A DNA stretch of 64,000 nt from Eledone cirrhosa (lineage: Eukaryota). Shown in pieces: positions 59,337 through 64,000 of this stretch. The notes under the pieces are model-generated. The model saw nothing but the letters and a program-made list of their open reading frames with translations. It made no database searches and was not told the origin of the DNA. The DNA lies in NCBI GenBank assembly GCA_964016885.1, contig OZ024748.1:28892001-28956000 (forward strand). The letters run 5' to 3'. The stretch's first letter is position 1, and each line of letters begins with the position of its first letter. Both the position numbers and the translations under genes were made by a program.

Positions 59337-62025
59337 CATCATCATCATCATCATCACCGTTTTACGTCCGTTCTTCCACGCTAGCATGGGTTAGACGGGT
59401 TGTCCTGTTGTGGGCAGTGTCTGGTCGGCTGACCATGCCTTGCTCATACAGGAACTGATCTGGCTTGATTTCTACAGCTGGATGCCCTTCCTAACACCAA
59501 CCTCATTTACAGTGAGTGCTGGGTGCTTTTTCGTGGCGCCTACACGTCCACTTTACAGTGTGGGCTGGGTGCTTTTTTGCCGTGGCACCTCCACGACCAC
59601 CTTGCGGTGGGGGGGGGGGGGGGGGGGGGGCATATTGTTTATATGCTTCAGCATGTACCCATGGGAGGTCGGGTACCCTGTATTACTGCGTGACGCCAGA
59701 AGTCACGGTCGTGTGTCATTGACTTTGAGAGGTGTAGTTGGGTAAGGTCGGCTTTTATCACCTCATCCCAAGTCATCTTGGGTCTCCCCACTCCGCGGTT
59801 TCCATCAACTTCTAGTGCTCTGCACCTTTTTATGCAGCTGTCATCCTTCATACGCATCACATGTCCATACCAGCGTAACCGCCTCTCCTGCACGCAGCAT
59901 TTGATTCCTCTTATGCTCAGTCTCTCTCTCAATTCATTTATGCTTTGTCGTTCACGTATATTACTGTTACACATCCATCGGAGCATGCAGGCTTCGTTTC
60001 TCTCTAATCTACGTAAGTCTTCCACCTTCAGCGCCCAGGTCTCACTACCATGCAACATCGCTGTTCGGATACACGCATCATACAGTCTGCCTTTCATTCT
60101 GAGGGAGAAGCCTTTTGCAGCTAGCAGTGGTAGTAGTTCCCTAAACTTCTTCCATCCCGTTCTTACCCTAGTTATTGTACTTTCTGAGCACCCACCTCCG
60201 TTGCTAATTCGGTCACCTAGGTAGCAGAAGCTGTCTACTGTTTCTACAGGGCCCTCCCAGAGATTGGTGGTACTTGTTTCCTGTGGCTGTTTGCTTGCTG
60301 TTTCAGCACAGCTGCTGCATGTGAATCCTACATTCTTAATTAAGCTTCCTGAGATCCCGCTACATCTCTTGTGTACCCATTGTTTGCATTTGGGGCAAAG
60401 AATGGAGTTCCTACCTACACCTTTCCTACATACTGAGCAAGGCCATTTCCCTGAGGGGATCTGGGTTCTGTTTTCTCGTCTACTTATAAGGACCTTAGTC
60501 TTTGTCATGTTGACTTTGAGGCCCTTTCTCTCTAGTCCCTGCTTCCAGGTTTGGAATTTATTCTCTAGTTCTACCATAGATTCAGCTATGAGTGCGAGGT
60601 CATCAGCATACAGGAGTTCCCATGAGCATCCGGTCTTAAACTCCTCCGTTATTGCCTGCAGGACTATGATGAACAGGAGAGGGCTAAGAACAGAGCCCTG
60701 GTGGACCCCAACCTGTACGCTAAATTCCTCGCTATACTCATTGCCAATCCTAACTTTGCTGACTGCTCCCCTATACATGGCTTGTACCGCTTTCACAAGC
60801 CATTCATCTACTCCTAGTTTTCTAAGAGCCCACCAGATTACTGCACGTGGAACTCTGTCAAAGGCTTTCTCAAGGTCGACAAATGCCAAGTAGAGTGGCT
60901 TACTTTTAGCTAGGTACTTTTCCTGTAATTGCCTCACAAGGAAGAGCGCATCAGTGGTGCCTTTCCCTGGAACAAACCCAAATTGCATCTCGTCTATATT
61001 CACCCGGTCCCTAATCAGCTGTGCTATAACTCTTTCTGTTACTTTCATGACCTGGTCCATCAACTTTATACCTCTATAGTTTCCTCTATCTAGTGCATCG
61101 CCTTTACCTTTGTAGCAGTTGACAATGATGCTACTGCACCAATCTTTTGGTATGGCCCCCTCTAGTATTACCTGGTTAACGATACGTGTGGTTATAGTGT
61201 GACCTACAGACCCAGATGCCTTCAGCATCTCGGCAGCTATACCCGATGGACCGGTTGCCTTCCCTATCTTCATATCTCTGATTGCCTTACTTACTACGCT
61301 GCCGCTGACTTGTACTGCTGGTCCCTCTATAGGGTCTACGTGGGGTAGGGTCTCTTCTTCCCATGCATTCTCCTCATTTAGTAATCTATCATAATGACTC
61401 TTCCATGCATCTTTCTTCTCAGCACTTGTGAGGGCAAGCTCACCTTTATCATTCCGGATACACTTCTCTCCAATGACATCACAACTATCTCTGACACACT
61501 GCCTCGCAATCTTGAATACCTCCTGTTTCTGGTCCTCACGTTGTAAAACATGCTTGAATTTTCTATCCTCTGCTTCCCTCCTAGCTAAGTATACTTGTCG
61601 CCTAGCTTCCCTCTTGGTCTCTATGTAATGTACCCTGCTCCCCCCGTTCTTCCATTCTTTCCATGCCTGTCTCTTGGCCTTGACTGCTTCATCTACCTTA
61701 TTGTTCCACCACCAAGTCACTCTCCTCCTGCTTGAGGTCTTACTCCAGCCACAAACCTCATCCGTCGCCTCTAGTAAGTTATTTTTTAGGAACTCCCAGT
61801 TCTCTTCTACGTTAAATGTCTCTATCTGTTCTTCTTTACTGTCGTAGGCGTTGAGTAAAATATCTTTAAATCTGTTACTGGTTGAGGGGACTTTCAGCTT
61901 CCAGATCTTTCTTCTCCAGGTTGGCCTCTGTTTCAGGGCTCGTCTAGTTCTGACCGTGAGGTCGCTGACAACTAAGCTATGTTGGGATGTACATTCCTCA
62001 CTAGGGAAGGCTTTTGCGCGTGTAA
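59337..62025 (-). mobile_element. Young RTE family A LINE, 5'-truncated at the end of the endonuclease; 805-aa uninterrupted ORF (59648-62065)
   Basis: SQHSLVV, WWWN, YRGIKL, MQFGF, FVDLEKAFDRV, GVHQGSVLSP, LLYADDL, FCYLG, RRLRWYGHV; (ATG)n tail. Confidence 0.95.
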
Positions 62026-62269
62026 ATATATATATTTGTACTCTCGTGTCTTGAATAATGCCCATCCCCCCATTTATTTTTCTGATCCCCCACCCCCGCT
62101 TATTAAATTTTTCTAATCTGTGTCCGGTGAAATTTTATTTTAAGTGGTGGCATTCCTGCGACAACTAATTTTCTTTATACATTAAACAAGATACATGACG
62201 AAAATATTACATTAGTAGAAATCCCATACGCTATAAAATAAATACGATGGGTTGGGGTCTCAATATGTA

Positions 62270-63630
62270 AACTTCTTCGCCCATCTATTCCTGAGAGGGT
62301 TGTGGAGGCAGAGTCCTCAAACACTCTTTCCAGATGGTCCTGTCAGAAGCAACTGATCCAGCTGGATCCCTAAGCAAGACCAACCAAGCTTATAGATGTT
62401 ATCTATGCTCTGGGTCTTCTGCAATTTGGCTTTGTCCATAAAATCTGTCCAGTGATTCTTTCCTCAGATATACATGCCCATAGTATAGGAGCTGTGATTT
62501 TTCAATTCGGCGAAGTAGCGGCTCTACTTGGAGTGGCCCTTTGATCACCAAGCTATGCACTCTATCAAGTAATGTTACTCTCAAGACCCTTCGGAGGAAC
62601 CCCATTTTGGTCACTTGTATTCGCAATCGTATGCTTTCAGTCATTACCCAAGATTCATGACCATAGGTAAGGGTTGGCACAAATACTGAATTGAAGATAG
62701 GGAGTTTAGCTTTTACACCTACCTCCCTTCTTCTGATTACCAAATGCTGAAGCTGACGAATTACTGCACCAGCTCCTGCAATTCTTACACTTAATTCAGC
62801 CTTCCATCACTCGTGTACATGGCCCCGAGACACTTGAACTTCTCCACCTGCTTCATTGGAACTTCATTCAGATGTAGTGTGCACTGCGCATGCTTCCTTG
62901 AGAGGACGAATTTCATTTCGCAGTACTGATTTTCATTTCAGCCATGCAGTATTCAGCATTGAACCTTTCAAGTGCAAGTCTGAGATCATCTGCAAATTCC
63001 AGCTGACTGATTTTACACCCACCAGTCATGATACCACTTCCAACTTGACTGTGCATCTCGATCCTGTTCATGAAGATAATGAACAGGATAGGTGACAGTA
63101 GACACTCTTGATGGAGTCTGACTCCCACATTGAATAGTTTCGATCTTTACCTCTGTTTATCCGAACGCAACTACTTGAGCATTTATTTAGAGACATCAGA
63201 GCAGCAAGAAGCTGACTATCAATCCCTATACTCCTTTCTGCAGAACCTTCCACCACAGGTCCCGAGGAATGCATCATATGCCTTTTCGGGATCTACAAAA
63301 AAAGAATATACCTCCTGACAATACTCCCATGATCTCTCAAAGACCTGCCGCGGTGTGAATATTTGGTTGGCTGTGCTGCATCCGGGGCGAAAATCACACT
63401 GCTCATCAGCTAGCTTGGACTCAACAATCTCCCTGCATCTCTTTGCGAGACACTTAGCATAGACTTTACCGGGGAGGCTTAACAAGGAGATCCCTCTGTA
63501 ATTGGAACAATCTGTTTTGTCTCCCTTTTTGAAAATTGGGATTATTACTCCCGATTGCCATTGTTTAGGTGCCTTTCCAGAGATCCAGGCCACCCAGTAC
63601 ACACAAGTTAGCCAGAGAATACCTTCTCCA
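62270..63630 (-). mobile_element. RTE family B copy, decayed
   Basis: IIPIFKKGDKTDCSNYRGISLLSLPGKVYAKCL, LEFADDL, YGHESW; (GAA)n tail. Confidence 0.88.
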
Positions 63631-64000
63631 TTTAGTTTTTGTAAACTAAACGACTAATTCTGGTTCTAAAGACAATTAAAAAAAAATTAGAAAAATTACC
63701 AATTTTCCACCTGCAACCTCACTTATTCCAACCCCCCTATTATTTGGGACCTGAGAGTATGTGTGTGTTCATATTTAATGATTGGATGTGGGGGAGCTAT
63801 TATTAAAAATATTGTATTAGGGAGAGCTTTGATTTGCATATAAAGTAAGCATTACCCACACATATATAATGTGGTGATCATGGTGTCGGGTAGTTAATGT
63901 TTAACTTTTATATTCACATAATTACCTCCTAAAGTATAACAATATCTGTTTCAACACACATTTTTAGATAAGAAATTTTGCAAAAGAAATACAAAAACGA

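Noticed and set aside
60264-60893. Long antisense ORFs over RTE and gypsy coding regions (also 38059-38850, 34863-35303, 51326-51805)
   Set aside because: Shadow frames of TE coding sequence

Overview
AT-rich, microsatellite- and transposon-dense animal genomic DNA. The SINE/RTE/Penelope repertoire and (TA)n/(CAT)n tracts suggest a cephalopod such as Octopus (inference). Host genes: (1) a complete 7-exon tektin-4-type gene on the minus strand (CDS 44848->22728; all GT-AG junctions phase-compatible; 1401 nt = 466 aa + stop) with two RFX X-box-like motifs upstream; (2) three phase-compatible internal exons (3814->1456, minus) of an unidentified acidic protein rich in SUMO motifs; (3) a head-to-head inverted duplication of the 5' end of a SAFB/SLTM-like SAP-domain gene (55.3-55.9 kb and 57.7-58.2 kb), each copy with a CTCF-type motif. 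Mobile DNA: two RTE-clade LINE families (one copy with an 805-aa ORF, one with a twin-priming inversion and TSD), Penelope-like elements, a three-level nested Ty3/gypsy cluster (45.5-55.3 kb), a DD37D Tc1/mariner element, MITEs, a foldback-like element carrying GC-rich cargo, CRE/Tx1/CR1 remnants and many tRNA-derived SINEs. The main hidden layer is at least nine minimal type-I hammerhead-ribozyme-like motifs of about five sequence families inside the tektin introns, including a U3:A8 core variant; most sit in inverted repeats. All calls come from manual reading; no searches or folding programs were run, and repeat boundaries are approximate unless a TSD or TIR is cited.
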